Source: Enhygromyxa salina (GTDB lineage: Bacteria; Myxococcota_A; Polyangia; Nannocystales; Nannocystaceae). From it: a stretch of DNA of 64,000 nt. The DNA lies in assembly GCF_002994635.1 (NCBI RefSeq), contig NZ_PVNL01000139.1, forward strand, positions 18,055 to 82,054, in the 5' to 3' direction. This document shows positions 1 to 13,362 of this stretch, piece after piece; positions within the stretch are counted from its first letter, which is position 1, and the number at the start of each line of letters is the position of its first letter. The translations under genes were made by a program, and so were the position numbers. Below the pieces are notes generated by a model. The model did no database searches. It saw only the letters and a list, made by a program, of their open reading frames with translations, and had not been told where the DNA came from.

Positions 1-283
1 TGTCCGAGCGTTGCTCCTCGCTACAGACCACGGCGACGTCCGCGTAGGTGCTGCGGTTGGTCGCGTCGATGCGAAGTTTGAGGTCACTGCTGTACACCGC
101 GCAGCCCTTGGCGCGGAGCATCACGCGCAGCTCTGCCCCGATCGCCATCGCCAAACGAGCATGCTCGGGTGTCCCGCCCGCCATGGCGTAGACGCACCCG
201 TCGACAAACTCGAGGCGCACCTCGCTGGCAGCCTCGAGCGCGAGGTATTCGGCGTAGGTCGCATGCGTCGCTGGCTCGCCCAT
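1..283 (-). CDS. Uma2-family (DUF820, PD-(D/E)XK) putative endonuclease, 5' part only; gene runs off the left edge
   Basis: Hand translation of the minus strand from the ATG at 283..281 gives MGEPATHATYAEYLALEAASEVRLEFVDGCVYAMAGGTPEHARLAMAIGAELRVMLRAKGCAVYSSDLKLRIDATNRSTYADVAVVCSEEQRSD, a typical Uma2 N-terminus. Absent from the ORF track because it is truncated by the window edge. Confidence 0.55.
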   Translation of the reverse strand, partial: MGEPATHATYAEYLALEAASEVRLEFVDGCVYAMAGGTPEHARLAMAIGAELRVMLRAKGCAVYSSDLKLRIDATNRSTYADVAVVCSEEQRSD

Positions 284-388
284 GCTCCGAGATCATACAT
301 GCAGCGAGAAGGCCCGGCACGCGTCACTCACGCACGACTGATATCGACGAAGTTGGCTCCCAGCCCACGACATGAGCGAGACTGCGCC

Positions 389-784
389 ATGTCCGAAGAC
401 TCCAAGGCACGCAAGATTGGCTACTGGGTCACGACCGGCCTGCTCGGCCTCGTCTTGATCGCCAGCGGGATCATGGACCTGGTCGGCCCGCCGGATCTGG
501 TCGAGGCCATGGCCCGGCTGAGCTTGCCGCTGTATCTGCCGCCGCTGCTGGGCGTCGCCAAGCTGCTGGCGGCGGCCGCGATCCTGGCTCCGAAGTTCGC
601 GCGGCTCAAGGAGTGGGCCTACGCCGGGGTGGTGATCGACTTTGTCGGAGCAGCCTACGCGCACATCATGTCGAACGAAGCCAGTGAGATCGTGGCCCCG
701 CTGGTCCTGGTCGCGCTGACGTTTGCGTCGTGGTTCCTGCGGCCGGCGAACCGGAAGCTGCCCGACCTGCCTGCCTCGGCCTGA
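389..784 (+). CDS. DoxX-family membrane protein
   Basis: ATG at 389 inside ORF 11..784. The 131-aa product (MSEDSKARKIGYWVTTGLLGLVLIASG...) has 3-4 transmembrane helices and a DoxX-like layout. The upstream part of the ORF is antisense to the Uma2 gene. Confidence 0.6.
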   Translation: MSEDSKARKIGYWVTTGLLGLVLIASGIMDLVGPPDLVEAMARLSLPLYLPPLLGVAKLLAAAAILAPKFARLKEWAYAGVVIDFVGAAYAHIMSNEASEIVAPLVLVALTFASWFLRPANRKLPDLPASA

Positions 785-790
785 GCCGAG

Positions 791-2494
791 CTACCACAGG
801 ACCTTGAGCAGCTTCTTGCACTCCTTGGCCATGGCCTCGAAGTGCTGCGGATCGTTCCACTTGGGATCGAGCGGGTGTCGCTTGCCGGGGAGCCCCTGGG
901 GCACGCCGCTGAGCGCGACTTGGATCGGGAACACGTCGGTCCGAGCCCACTTCTGATCGCGCAGCTGCGGGGTCTCGAGGGCCATCCAGGCGCGTGGATC
1001 GTCGCCCCAGACCAGCAGCTGGGGCTCCGGCGGCGCGCCGTCGTAGTCTTCGACGACGCCGGGCCAGACCAGCAATGCTGGACGGGCGGTGCCCGCTTTG
1101 AAGCGCACCATCGCGGGCAGCAAGATCGCGTCGCCGGGCAGGGTGTCTTCGACGCTGCGGCGCTCGGTCGGCCGATCTAGCAGCGTGCCGCTGCCGTGGG
1201 TCAGCCAGTACTCGACCCCTGCGTCGCCCACCTTGCCGACGATGTCGTCGACCGACACGGCGGAGATCTTGGGCCCGCTGAGCTTGTGCTTGGTCGCGAT
1301 GAAGCTGGGCCGCTGCGGCGGCGGTGGCTCGGCGTCTGGGTCGGGTGGCGGCGGCAGCGGCTCGAGCGTGCGCTCGCCGAGCTGCAGCTCGGTCCACTCG
1401 AGCGCGTCTGGATCGACGGTCCACAGCCGACCGAGCCGGGCGTCCGACTTGGGCCCGCCAAGCACCAAGCTGCGCTTGTCGTCGTCGACGAGCAAGGTCA
1501 TGCACTCGGCCAACTTGTCGAGCCGGACCTCTTGCGCCTCGGGCAGCGGCGGCGGCTCGAGCTCGCCGGTCTGTTGACCGGGCAGCGGCTGCTGGGGGTG
1601 ACGCTTCTTGCCCTTGTGCTTGGAGCCGGCCGCGCCGCCGCGGGTTGGGTTGGGCTGGGCGATCAGGAACCGCTGCAAGGTGCCGCGGCTGCGCAGCACA
1701 TATACCCACCGCTCGTCGCCAGCGATCGCCAGCGGAGTCATGTCGCGCTTGCCAGCTGGAACCCGCTCGCCGGCCAGCCGCAGATCTCGTGCGGTCCACC
1801 CGACCGCGCCGTCCTTGGCCGCGAGCAACACCCGACCGCCGCGGGTGCCATCTGTGCGACCAAGGCACACGATCGACTCGGCCTTGACGGGCACCGGGCT
1901 GGTCGCGTTGAGGCGTAGCTGCGCGTAGCCAGCGGGGTGGGCTGGATCGATCACCCACGCGGTCGCGCTGCCATCGCTGAACACCGCGCGGCCGTCGGCG
2001 CTGGCGACCACGGCGATCGCAGCGGGGCCCGGAGACTTGCGCTTGTGGACGGGCGCGCCGCGGTCGATGTCCCACAGCATTTCACCCTGGGTCCCGACGC
2101 CACACAGCAGATCGTCGCGGACCAGCGTCACGTGATCCACGTAGCCGCCGAGCTTGGTGCCGGCCTTGGTCACCGTGGTCGAGCTGAGGCTGCCGCGGAA
2201 CAAATGCTGGCCGCCGATCCACAGCGTGCCCTCCCAGCCTTCGACGACCGACGGTCGGGCCATGCTCAGCGGGATCGTGCGCTGCTCCGCGAGCGTCTTG
2301 GCGTCGATGATCCACAGCTCGTAGGGGAGCGTGACGATCAGGTGGCGCGCGTCTGCGCTGCGCTCGATCGCGAGCGGGCGATCATCGAGCGCGAGCTCGT
2401 CGAGCGGGGCCACGGACGGAGCCATGATCATCCGCCGGGCGCCCCCTTCGCCGCCCACGACCACACGTCGCTGAGGTGCCGTTCGCCGCGCCAT
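791..2494 (-). CDS. hypothetical protein (possible beta-propeller), start uncertain (alternative MIMAPS start near 2431)
   Basis: 567-aa ORF with K/P-rich linkers and no recognisable motif. The opposite-strand ORFs over the same span are low-complexity Arg/Ala-rich artefacts. Confidence 0.4.
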   Translation of the reverse strand: MARRTAPQRRVVVGGEGGARRMIMAPSVAPLDELALDDRPLAIERSADARHLIVTLPYELWIIDAKTLAEQRTIPLSMARPSVVEGWEGTLWIGGQHLFRGSLSSTTVTKAGTKLGGYVDHVTLVRDDLLCGVGTQGEMLWDIDRGAPVHKRKSPGPAAIAVVASADGRAVFSDGSATAWVIDPAHPAGYAQLRLNATSPVPVKAESIVCLGRTDGTRGGRVLLAAKDGAVGWTARDLRLAGERVPAGKRDMTPLAIAGDERWVYVLRSRGTLQRFLIAQPNPTRGGAAGSKHKGKKRHPQQPLPGQQTGELEPPPLPEAQEVRLDKLAECMTLLVDDDKRSLVLGGPKSDARLGRLWTVDPDALEWTELQLGERTLEPLPPPPDPDAEPPPPQRPSFIATKHKLSGPKISAVSVDDIVGKVGDAGVEYWLTHGSGTLLDRPTERRSVEDTLPGDAILLPAMVRFKAGTARPALLVWPGVVEDYDGAPPEPQLLVWGDDPRAWMALETPQLRDQKWARTDVFPIQVALSGVPQGLPGKRHPLDPKWNDPQHFEAMAKECKKLLKVLW

Positions 2495-2654
2495 GTGTGG
2501 TCAGGGTATCACGGAGCGTCGCGAGGATCGTGGGTTGAACCGAAGGTTGCACGCATCGCGGGAGGGTCTGGCCCGAATCGGTTCCGCGAACATCCTGGCC
2601 AGACGCGCAGTCACAGGCCCCGGCGGCCCCCAATCGGCCCGCTCCCGCCAGCGC

Positions 2655-3908
2655 TCACTCGCAGGCGACACCCATCGGCGCCGGGATACACACGAAGCCG
2701 CCGCTCTCCAGCGGGTTGCCGCCGCACCAGCCCCAGGCGCCGACGTTGTTTTGCATGAAGTAGCTGGCCGGGTCGGGCCCCTGCGCGCAGGCGCCGGTAC
2801 TGCATGGATTCGACGCGAACGGGTAGCACCACTTCGAGGTCCCAGACCCCGTGTTCAGCAAGAAGTGCTCGGCGAGCTTCCAGAAGTTGGTGTTGGAGCT
2901 GGTGTTCCAGCCCTGGTTCTTGGTGTGCCACCAGCACGCGTACTGCACGTTGTTCTGCATGAACAAGCCCTTCCAGTGGTAGCCGGGCTCGGAGTCCTGG
3001 CACGGACCGTGGATCGGGTTGCAGGGCAGCTCGCCGACCAGCCAGTCCTGCAGGCAGTTGTTGGCGGTGCAGTCGTTGGCGCAGCCGTCGTCGTCGACGT
3101 TGTTGCCGTCGTCGCACTCCTCGACGTTCGCCTGCACGAACCCGTCGCCGCAGGTGGCCTCGGCGCAGCTCGTGGGGCAGGCGTCCGTGTCATCGTCGTT
3201 GCCGTCGTCACACCCCTCGACGCCCGCGTGGACGTAGCCGTCGCCGCACACGTTGAGCGCACAAACGGTGGTCAGGCAGGCGTCGGTGTCGAGATCATTG
3301 CCGTCGTCGCACTCCTCGACCCCGGCCTGGGTGTAGCCATCTCCGCAGAACGCCAGATCGCAGGCTGGGCACATGTCGGTGGTGTCGACGTTGCCGTCGT
3401 CGCACTGCTCGCCAGCCTGGAGCACCCCGTCGCCGCAGGTGCCGGGCATGCACTGGCTGTTGCACTCGTCGCCGTCGATGTCGTTGCCGTCGTCGCACTC
3501 CTCCACGCCCATGTGCACGAATCCGTCGCCACAGCTGGCGACCATGCAGCCCTCCACGCAGTCGTCGGTGTTGTCGGGGTTGCCGTCGTCGCAGGCCTCG
3601 ATGCCCTCGTACACGTAGCCGTCACCGCACGACGCGATGAAGCAATTCGGCGTGCATTGGCCCTGCTCGGAATTCTGCGGGCCAAGATCACACTGCTCAC
3701 CGGGCTGGACCACGCCATCCCCACAGCTGCCGCCGTCGCTGTCGCCGTCTCCGTCTCCATCGCCGTCTCCGCTGTCGGTCTCGGCGTCGCCATCACCGTC
3801 ACCCGCGCTGAGAAAGGGATTGAGGTTGCGGCCGTCATCGCCACTGCAACCCCACGCGCCCACGCCTGCGAGCGCGCACACGACCACTGAAGTTCGAAAG
3901 ATCTGCAT
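2655..3908 (-). CDS. secreted cysteine-rich repeat protein (Myxococcus cysteine-rich repeat, CGDGxVxxGxEECDDGN x~7) with C-terminal duplicated FMQNNVxxxxW domain
   Basis: Signal peptide MQIFRTSVVVCALAGVGAWGCSG, then a (DG)n linker, then seven repeats of C[GD]DG[FY]VxxGxExCDDGN, then two FMQNNV...W modules. Confidence 0.75.
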   Translation of the reverse strand: MQIFRTSVVVCALAGVGAWGCSGDDGRNLNPFLSAGDGDGDAETDSGDGDGDGDGDSDGGSCGDGVVQPGEQCDLGPQNSEQGQCTPNCFIASCGDGYVYEGIEACDDGNPDNTDDCVEGCMVASCGDGFVHMGVEECDDGNDIDGDECNSQCMPGTCGDGVLQAGEQCDDGNVDTTDMCPACDLAFCGDGYTQAGVEECDDGNDLDTDACLTTVCALNVCGDGYVHAGVEGCDDGNDDDTDACPTSCAEATCGDGFVQANVEECDDGNNVDDDGCANDCTANNCLQDWLVGELPCNPIHGPCQDSEPGYHWKGLFMQNNVQYACWWHTKNQGWNTSSNTNFWKLAEHFLLNTGSGTSKWCYPFASNPCSTGACAQGPDPASYFMQNNVGAWGWCGGNPLESGGFVCIPAPMGVACE

Positions 3909-3945
3909 GGCGGCGGGAAGGCTATCACGGCGGGCCAGCCCGCAC

Positions 3946-5763
<1,818 letters not shown>

Positions 5764-5995
5764 TCAGTCTACGCAGGTACACGCGAGCATGTCGAACAAT
5801 CTGCCAATCGGGCGACCCGCAAACTTGGTCGCGGGTGCGGCCACGTCGGCCGGGTTTGTCGCCCGTGCTGGCGCGACTGACCTGGGGCCCCCCACGCGAA
5901 TGGGGGCCAGAGCCTGGGAGGGGCAACGCTCGCGGTCGTTCGGCGTTGGCGTTTGACCCTGCGCCTTCACGCCCGCCAAGCTTGGAACCGACGCC

Positions 5996-6319
5996 ATGAC
6001 CAGGAACAACAAGCAATTCGTGTCCGCCTTCGCCCTGTCCGCCGCCGCCCTGTTCTTGGGTGGCTGCAAGAAGACCGAGCCAACCGCCGAGCCAACCGCC
6101 GAGCCCACCGCCACCGCGCCAGCCTCGAACGCCGACGAAGACGTCAAGTGCTTCGGGATCAACAGCTGCTCGGGCGAGAGCGTGTGCGCCGTCAACAAGC
6201 CGGACCTGGGGATCGAGCACGCGTGCGCGGGCGAGAACGCGTGCGAGGGCAAGGGCTGGATCAAGGTCAGCCGCAGCGAGTGCGAGACCCAGAGCGGCGA
6301 GGTGCTCGGAACGCTCTAG
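5996..6319 (+). CDS. DUF2282 (bufferin BufA-like) Cys-rich RiPP precursor, lipoprotein-type signal
   Basis: ATG at 5996. Lipobox FLGGC, a TEPTAEPTAEPTA linker, then a six-Cys domain, KCFGINSCSGESVCAV...EHACAGENACEGKGWIKVSRSECETQ, resembling the DUF2282 consensus (KCYGI..C...HSCAG....W..V.KG.CE). Divergent from the MNIO gene across a 247-bp gap. Confidence 0.7.
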   Translation: MTRNNKQFVSAFALSAAALFLGGCKKTEPTAEPTAEPTATAPASNADEDVKCFGINSCSGESVCAVNKPDLGIEHACAGENACEGKGWIKVSRSECETQSGEVLGTL

Positions 6320-6324
6320 GCTTG

Positions 6325-7068
6325 TCAGCGATGGGCCTGGACCTGCTGCAACATCTGGTAGTTGTTGTAGCCGAGCAGGCCGAACATGATCGCGATGAAG
6401 AAGTCGCCGCTGACGAGCAACGCCGTCACAGCCAGCACACCAGCGGTCCCGATCCCGAGCTTGAGCGCGATCGGCCAGGCGTCACGCGGGCGGAACTTTT
6501 CGATGATCGCCTTGGCGATGTGCCCGCCGTCGAGCGGCTGCACGGGCACCAGGTTGATCAGCCCCCAAAAGATGTTCACGTAGAGCAGGAACAGCACGAA
6601 CAGCTCGAGCCGACCGCCACCCGACAGCGGCGGCCCGCTGCCGACCGGGACCCCGATCCCCGGCAGCAAGTTGGCGCTGTGTCCACTCAGCAGCACACCC
6701 GCGAAGATCAGGCCGCCAAAGATGAAGCCGGCGCCGGGGCCCATGAAGTCGATGAGAATCCGCTGCTTGCGGCTCTGGCTGCCGGGGCTGAAGATCGCCA
6801 GGCCGCCCATGCTGTGCAGGACGATCCGCGGCGGCCACCCGTAGGCCTTGGCGGTGACCGCGTGGCCGAGTTCGTGGGTGAGGATCGAGACGAACACCGC
6901 CGCGGTCCACAGCGCCATGCCCACGAAGATGTTGATGCTGGCGCCACGCACGGCGACGGCGCCGAATATGATCGAGATCAACCAGAACATGGGGTGCACC
7001 CGGACGGGGATCTTGCCGACCGAGAAGTGCAGGTCGAACTTGGTGGTCTGGGGCTCGGCGAGGAACAC
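6325..7068 (-). CDS. site-2 protease family (M50) zinc metallopeptidase
   Basis: HELGH zinc motif, multiple transmembrane helices and an LDGG motif (NLVPVQPLDGGHI). Confidence 0.8.
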   Translation of the reverse strand: MFLAEPQTTKFDLHFSVGKIPVRVHPMFWLISIIFGAVAVRGASINIFVGMALWTAAVFVSILTHELGHAVTAKAYGWPPRIVLHSMGGLAIFSPGSQSRKQRILIDFMGPGAGFIFGGLIFAGVLLSGHSANLLPGIGVPVGSGPPLSGGGRLELFVLFLLYVNIFWGLINLVPVQPLDGGHIAKAIIEKFRPRDAWPIALKLGIGTAGVLAVTALLVSGDFFIAIMFGLLGYNNYQMLQQVQAHR

Positions 7069-7139
7069 AATTGCAGCCTAGCAGGGAATCCTCGACCCCC
7101 ACAGGGCGCCTCGGGAGAATGTCGCCTTGGCCTTCGGGA

Positions 7140-7871
7140 TCACGACTTGCCAGCCGCGGCCGCGCGGAGCCTCAGGCTGGCGTCGCGGCGCGCTCGATCG
7201 TTGGTCCGACGCTCGGCGGTGATCCGTTTCTTGCTGGCCGCCCACCCGCAGATCAAGCACCCCTCGAGCTCATGATACTGCGCGGGGCAGTGCTCACGAC
7301 CAAAGTAGATGATCTTCAAGTGCGCGTCGGCCCAGCGTGACTCGGGGAACCACTTTTTGAGGTCGCGCTCGGTCTGCTCGACGTTCTTCGCGCTCGACAG
7401 GCCCCAGCGCGCGGCGAGCCGGTGGATGTGAGTGTCGATCGGGAACGCGGCCACGCCGAACGCCTGGGCCATGACGACGCTGGCGGTCTTGTGGCCGACG
7501 CCGGGCAGCGACTCGAGGCCGGCGAAGTCGCGGGGCACCTCGCCGCCAAACTCGTCGACGAGCTGCTGGGCGAGCGCCTTGACCCGCTTGGCCTTGGTCG
7601 GCGCGAGTCCGAGCGTGCGGATGTGGTGGAGGATCGTCGCGGTGCTGAGCTCGGCCATGGTCGCTGGCGTGGGGCCGTCGTTGAACAGCGCGGGGGTGAC
7701 CTCGTTGACCCGCGCGTCGGTGGTCTGGGCCGAGAGCAGCACGGCGATCAGCAGCGTGAACGGGTCCTGATGACGCAGCGGGATCGGTGGATCAGGGTAG
7801 AGCTCGTCCAAAATGGCGAGGATCTTCTGGGCCTTCTCGGCGCGGGTCACGGGTTGCAGCGTACACAGCAC
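7140..7871 (-). CDS. nth: endonuclease III (DNA glycosylase/AP lyase)
   Basis: HhH-GPD motifs (LLIAVLLSAQTTDARVN, LPGVGHKTASVV) and a C-terminal Cys cluster. Confidence 0.8.
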   Translation of the reverse strand: MLCTLQPVTRAEKAQKILAILDELYPDPPIPLRHQDPFTLLIAVLLSAQTTDARVNEVTPALFNDGPTPATMAELSTATILHHIRTLGLAPTKAKRVKALAQQLVDEFGGEVPRDFAGLESLPGVGHKTASVVMAQAFGVAAFPIDTHIHRLAARWGLSSAKNVEQTERDLKKWFPESRWADAHLKIIYFGREHCPAQYHELEGCLICGWAASKKRITAERRTNDRARRDASLRLRAAAAGKS

Positions 7872-7931
7872 GGCCGCCCCGGCCCAGCGCCTGCCCTTGC
7901 GCCCCGCCCGTAATCAGCGACACTCCGCCCC

Positions 7932-9497
7932 ATGTCCCAAGAGGGCCAGAAGCACAAGCAGGGCCAAAAGCAGGGCCAGAAGCAGGGCAAGCAGCAGGGC
8001 AAGCAGCACGAGCTTGCGATCGCCACGCGCGCTGCCGACTACCCGCAGTGGTACCAGGACGTGATCCGGTTCGGCGAGCTGGCCGAGCCGGCCAAGGTCG
8101 TCAAGGGCTGCATGGTCATCAAGCCGCATGGCTACGCGGTGTGGGAGAAGATCCAGCGCGATCTCGACGGGCGCTTCAAGGACACGGGCCACCGCAACGC
8201 CTACTTCCCGCTGCTGGTGCCGATGTCGTTCATCACCAAGGAGGCCGAGCACGTCGAGGGCTTCGCGCCGGAGCTCGCGGTGGTGACCCGGGCGGGCGGC
8301 GCCGAGCTCGAAGAGCCCTACGCGATCCGGCCCACGTCGGAGACGATCATCGGCCACTTCTTCGCCAAGTGGATCGACTCGCACCGCGACCTGCCGCTGC
8401 TGATCAACCAATGGGCCAACGTGATGCGCTGGGAGCTGCGCACGCGCATGTTCCTGCGGACCACCGAGTTCTTGTGGCAAGAGGGGCACACCGCCCACGC
8501 CAGCCACGACGAGGCCCGCGAGGAGGTCAGGCGCATGCTCGATGTCTACGGCGACTTCGCCGAGCAGGTCCTGGCGATGCCCGTGATCCGCGGGACCAAG
8601 ACGGCGACCGAGCGGTTCGCGGGCGCGCTGGACACGACCTGCATCGAGGCCTACATGCAAGACGGCAAGGCGCTGCAGGCCGGCACCAGCCACGACCTCG
8701 GCCAGAATTTCGGCAAGGCCTTCGACGTCAAATTCCAGAACGAGGCGGGCGAGCTCGAGTACGTGTGGCAGACCTCGTGGGGCGTGAGCACCCGGCTGAT
8801 CGGCGGGCTCGTCATGACCCACAGCGACGACGCCGGCCTGGTGCTGCCGCCGCTGGTCGCCCCGATCCACGTGGCGATCATCCCGATCTTCCGCACCGAC
8901 GAGCAAAAGGCCCAGGTCCTCGAGGCGGCCCAGCGCATCAAGGCCGCGCTGAGCGAGATCGATCTTTCGACCCCGCGGGCCCGGTTCCGCGACTTCTTGG
9001 AGGTCGTGATCGATGACCGCGACCTGCGGCCCGGCGCCAAGTTCTACGACTGGGAGCGCCGCGGCGTGCCCATGCGGATCGAGCTGGGGCCCAAGGATCT
9101 CGAGAAGGGCCAGGTGTGCCTGAAGATGCGCGTGGACACGCCCGCGGTCAGCGGCAAGCAGTTCCTGCCGGAGGCCGACTTCATCGCCAGCGCGCAGCAG
9201 CGCCTGCTCGACTACCAGGCCGCGCTGCTCGAGCAAGCCCGTGAGCGCCGCGAGGCGAACACGGTCACGCTCGACACCTGGGACCAGTTCCTGGCCACGT
9301 TCGCGGGCGAGGACAGCAAGTTTGCGTGGTGTCACTGGGACGGGACCACGCAGACCGAGCTGGCGATCAAAGAAGCGACCAAGGTCACGATCCGCTGCGT
9401 CCCCCTCGAGGGTCAGGGGCCGGCGCCAGAGCCGGGCGTGTGCATCTTCTCGGGCCAGCCGTCCAAGCAGCGCGTGCTGATGGCGAAGGCGTACTAG
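7932..9497 (+). CDS. proS: proline--tRNA ligase (archaeal/eukaryotic type), with K/Q-rich N-terminal extension
   Basis: Class II aaRS motifs and the ProRS anticodon-binding and C-terminal zinc domains (e.g. [39 protein letters not shown]). Confidence 0.9.
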   Translation: MSQEGQKHKQGQKQGQKQGKQQGKQHELAIATRAADYPQWYQDVIRFGELAEPAKVVKGCMVIKPHGYAVWEKIQRDLDGRFKDTGHRNAYFPLLVPMSFITKEAEHVEGFAPELAVVTRAGGAELEEPYAIRPTSETIIGHFFAKWIDSHRDLPLLINQWANVMRWELRTRMFLRTTEFLWQEGHTAHASHDEAREEVRRMLDVYGDFAEQVLAMPVIRGTKTATERFAGALDTTCIEAYMQDGKALQAGTSHDLGQNFGKAFDVKFQNEAGELEYVWQTSWGVSTRLIGGLVMTHSDDAGLVLPPLVAPIHVAIIPIFRTDEQKAQVLEAAQRIKAALSEIDLSTPRARFRDFLEVVIDDRDLRPGAKFYDWERRGVPMRIELGPKDLEKGQVCLKMRVDTPAVSGKQFLPEADFIASAQQRLLDYQAALLEQARERREANTVTLDTWDQFLATFAGEDSKFAWCHWDGTTQTELAIKEATKVTIRCVPLEGQGPAPEPGVCIFSGQPSKQRVLMAKAY

Positions 9498-9510
9498 GAT
9501 AGGAGCCGCG

Positions 9511-9807
9511 GTGATGGAGTTCGCTGATCCTCGTACGGTCCGGTCGATCACGGCAGCTCGCAAGGCTTGCGCGCGGGCGGCTGGTACGTGGACCTGTGAA
9601 GATCCAGACGATGACCCGGCCGCCGAGGCCGAGCAGCTGGCCCGCGATGCAGTCGAGCACCTCGAGCAGGGCCGCTGGGATGAGGCGTGCGAGTGCGCCG
9701 AGGCGACAGCGAGCTTGGCCGAGGAGCACGGCCAGGGCACGGTGTGGCGCGAGTTCGTGTTGCTCGTCGAGGAGGCGGCCGAGACCGGCCGGGACAGTCA
9801 AAGCTGA
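9511..9807 (+). CDS. hypothetical small acidic protein
   Basis: 98-aa ORF filling the gap between proS and the MBL gene. Its stop overlaps the next start (TGATG). Confidence 0.35.
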   Translation: MMEFADPRTVRSITAARKACARAAGTWTCEDPDDDPAAEAEQLARDAVEHLEQGRWDEACECAEATASLAEEHGQGTVWREFVLLVEEAAETGRDSQS

Positions 9808-10649
9808 TGACACGCCCGCCCGAAGACAAGCTCGAGGTCTGCAACCTGCACCTGGTGGGAATCAGCCAGGGCGGGGTCGAGACCAACATCCGCGTGCCCG
9901 AGCTCAAGCTGATGTTCGACCTGGGCATGGTCCCCCACGGGGCGCTGAACGTGAATCGCGTGCTGGTCTCGCACGGCCACAATGATCACCTGGCCGGGAT
10001 CCACTACTACATCTCGCAGCGCAAGATGATGGGCCTGCGGCCGGCGATCTTGCATGTCCCCGAGGAGATCGTCGCGCCGCTGAACACGGTGCTGGGCGCG
10101 TGGTCGCAGATCGAGGGCTTCGAGTACGAGTACGAGCTGCGCCCGGCCAAGCCCGGCGAGCGGTTCAAGATCGGCCGCGATCTGACGGCGACGGCGATCC
10201 GCACGGTGCACCGGGTCCCGAGCCTGGCGTGGGCGATCGAGCGAACCACCCACCGGCTCGACGACGCCTACCGCGGTCGCCCGCCAGACGAGCTGGCCAA
10301 GCTGCGGGCCCAGGGCGTGCCGATCACCCACGAGGTCGTGACCCCGCTGCTGTGCGTCACCGGCGACACCACGATCGACACCTTCCTGAGCAGCGACCTG
10401 ATGCGCCGCTGCAAGGTGCTGGTCCACGAGGTCACGGCCTGGGATCAGCAGCGCGACGTGGCGTCGACGCGAGGCTACGGCCACACCCACGTCGACGAGA
10501 TGATCGAGCACGTCGAGAAGTTCGAGGGCGAGGCGCTGGTGCTGGTGCACCGCAGCTTGCGTCACTCGCGAGCGTTCGCCGAGCGCGTCGTGCAAGACCG
10601 GTTCCCGGCCAGCGTGCGCGACAAGGTGTTCGTGTTCGGACATGACTGA
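9807..10649 (+). CDS. MBL-fold metallo-hydrolase (RNase Z/BN-like)
   Basis: ATG at 9807 (MTRPPEDKLEVCNLHLVG...). HxHxDH motif in VSHGHNDHLAG. Confidence 0.75.
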   Translation: MTRPPEDKLEVCNLHLVGISQGGVETNIRVPELKLMFDLGMVPHGALNVNRVLVSHGHNDHLAGIHYYISQRKMMGLRPAILHVPEEIVAPLNTVLGAWSQIEGFEYEYELRPAKPGERFKIGRDLTATAIRTVHRVPSLAWAIERTTHRLDDAYRGRPPDELAKLRAQGVPITHEVVTPLLCVTGDTTIDTFLSSDLMRRCKVLVHEVTAWDQQRDVASTRGYGHTHVDEMIEHVEKFEGEALVLVHRSLRHSRAFAERVVQDRFPASVRDKVFVFGHD

Positions 10650-11850
10650 CAACGGGTACGACGCGGACCTGTTGATCCTCGGCGGCAGCTTCTTGGGCGT
10701 CGAGCTGCTGCGGCTGGTTCGCAACCACCGCCGCGGGCGCAAGCTCAGCGTCATCGTCATCGATCGTCAGCGCACGCACCCGTACATTCCGCTCGGCCAC
10801 GAGCTGCTGACCGAGCGCATGACCTACGCCGTCGCGGGCGACACCGAACTCGAGACCGAGCGCTTCGCCATCGCGGCGCCGGGCGTGCGCTGGGTCCAGG
10901 GCGAGCTGGTGGGCTTCGACGCTGCCGCCCACGAGGCCCAGCTCGACGACGGTCGCCGCTTTCGTGCGCGCTTCGTGGTGTTTGGTCTGGGCTCGGAGAT
11001 CCGCGCGCCCGCGAGCTTGCCGGGCGGCGCGCGGATGCTGGCGTACAAGTCCAAGGCGCAGTTCGAGCAGTGTCGCGCGGCGCTGCAGCGGGTGTTGGCC
11101 GGCGAGGGTGAGCCGCCCAGCGTGTTGGTGGTCGGCGGCGGGATCTCGGGGGTCGAGATCACGGGCGAGCTCGCGCACCTGGTGAAGGCGCGGCCGTCGA
11201 CCTGGCGCGCACCGAAGCTCGTCATGGTCCACGGCGGCGACCACCTGCTGCCCGGGCTCACGCCGCGCGCGGGCCAGCGGGCCGAGGCCGCGCTGCGGGC
11301 TCAGGGCGTCGAGCTGCTGCTCGGCACCCGGCTGGTCTCGGTCGGCGCTGACTCGGCGACGGTCCACGGACCTGAGGGCGAGCGCGTGATCCCCTGCGCG
11401 CTCGGGTTTTGGGCTGGCGGACTCCAGCCGCCGCCTGTGCTCGCAGCGATCGATCTACCCCACACCGAAGACGGCTGGCTGCGCGTGGGGCCGACCTTGC
11501 AGTGCGTGTCGAGCTCGACTGAGCGCCCCGAGCTGTTCGCGGGTGGCGACGTCGCCCGGGTCTACGGCGGCGACGGTCGCTGGCCGACCATGCAGCGCGC
11601 GATCGAGGCGATCTTCGCGGCCAAGACGATCGCCGCCAACATCCTCACCCTCGCCCGGCACCCGCCCGACTACCCAGACGGCGTGCCACCGCTCGAGCCG
11701 CACCCGCTGTGGTCCGACTTTCCGCATGGGGTCAGCATCGGGGGGCGATCGTTGATCGTGTATGGCCGGCTGGTGTTCCCGCTCGCGGGCTTCAACATCT
11801 GGTTTCGGCGGTTCTTGATGCGCCAGTACATGCGCCGCTATCGGGCCTGA
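10642..11850 (+). CDS. NAD(P)/FAD-dependent oxidoreductase (type II NADH dehydrogenase-like)
   Basis: Two Rossmann GxGxxG motifs (LILGGSFLGVE and VVGGGISGVE). Overlaps the MBL stop by 8 nt. Confidence 0.75.
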   Translation: MTDNGYDADLLILGGSFLGVELLRLVRNHRRGRKLSVIVIDRQRTHPYIPLGHELLTERMTYAVAGDTELETERFAIAAPGVRWVQGELVGFDAAAHEAQLDDGRRFRARFVVFGLGSEIRAPASLPGGARMLAYKSKAQFEQCRAALQRVLAGEGEPPSVLVVGGGISGVEITGELAHLVKARPSTWRAPKLVMVHGGDHLLPGLTPRAGQRAEAALRAQGVELLLGTRLVSVGADSATVHGPEGERVIPCALGFWAGGLQPPPVLAAIDLPHTEDGWLRVGPTLQCVSSSTERPELFAGGDVARVYGGDGRWPTMQRAIEAIFAAKTIAANILTLARHPPDYPDGVPPLEPHPLWSDFPHGVSIGGRSLIVYGRLVFPLAGFNIWFRRFLMRQYMRRYRA

Positions 11851-11861
11851 GCGGCGCCGCG

Positions 11862-13310
<1,449 letters not shown>

Positions 13311-13362
13311 GTGCCGAATTTATCAGCAACGCGGCAAGATCGGGGCGAACCCGAGAATCTGC

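Noticed and set aside
666-2075. 469-aa minus-strand ORF, extremely Arg/Ala/Pro-rich
   Set aside because: Low-complexity composition typical of an out-of-frame GC-rich artefact. It overlaps the better-supported 791..2494 frame.
2493-3890. 465-aa plus-strand ORF rich in V/A/G
   Set aside because: Antisense to the cysteine-rich repeat protein (2655..3908) and composition-driven. The repeat-domain frame on the minus strand carries the real signal.
5953-7275. 440-aa plus ORF and 5764..6264 minus ORF
   Set aside because: They overlap the DUF2282 precursor and M50 protease in other frames. Arg/Asp-rich artefacts.
7787-9740. Long ORFs 7787..9016 (+) and 7914..9740 (-) overlapping proS
   Set aside because: proS has unambiguous class II aaRS motifs. 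The alternates are high-GC shadow ORFs.
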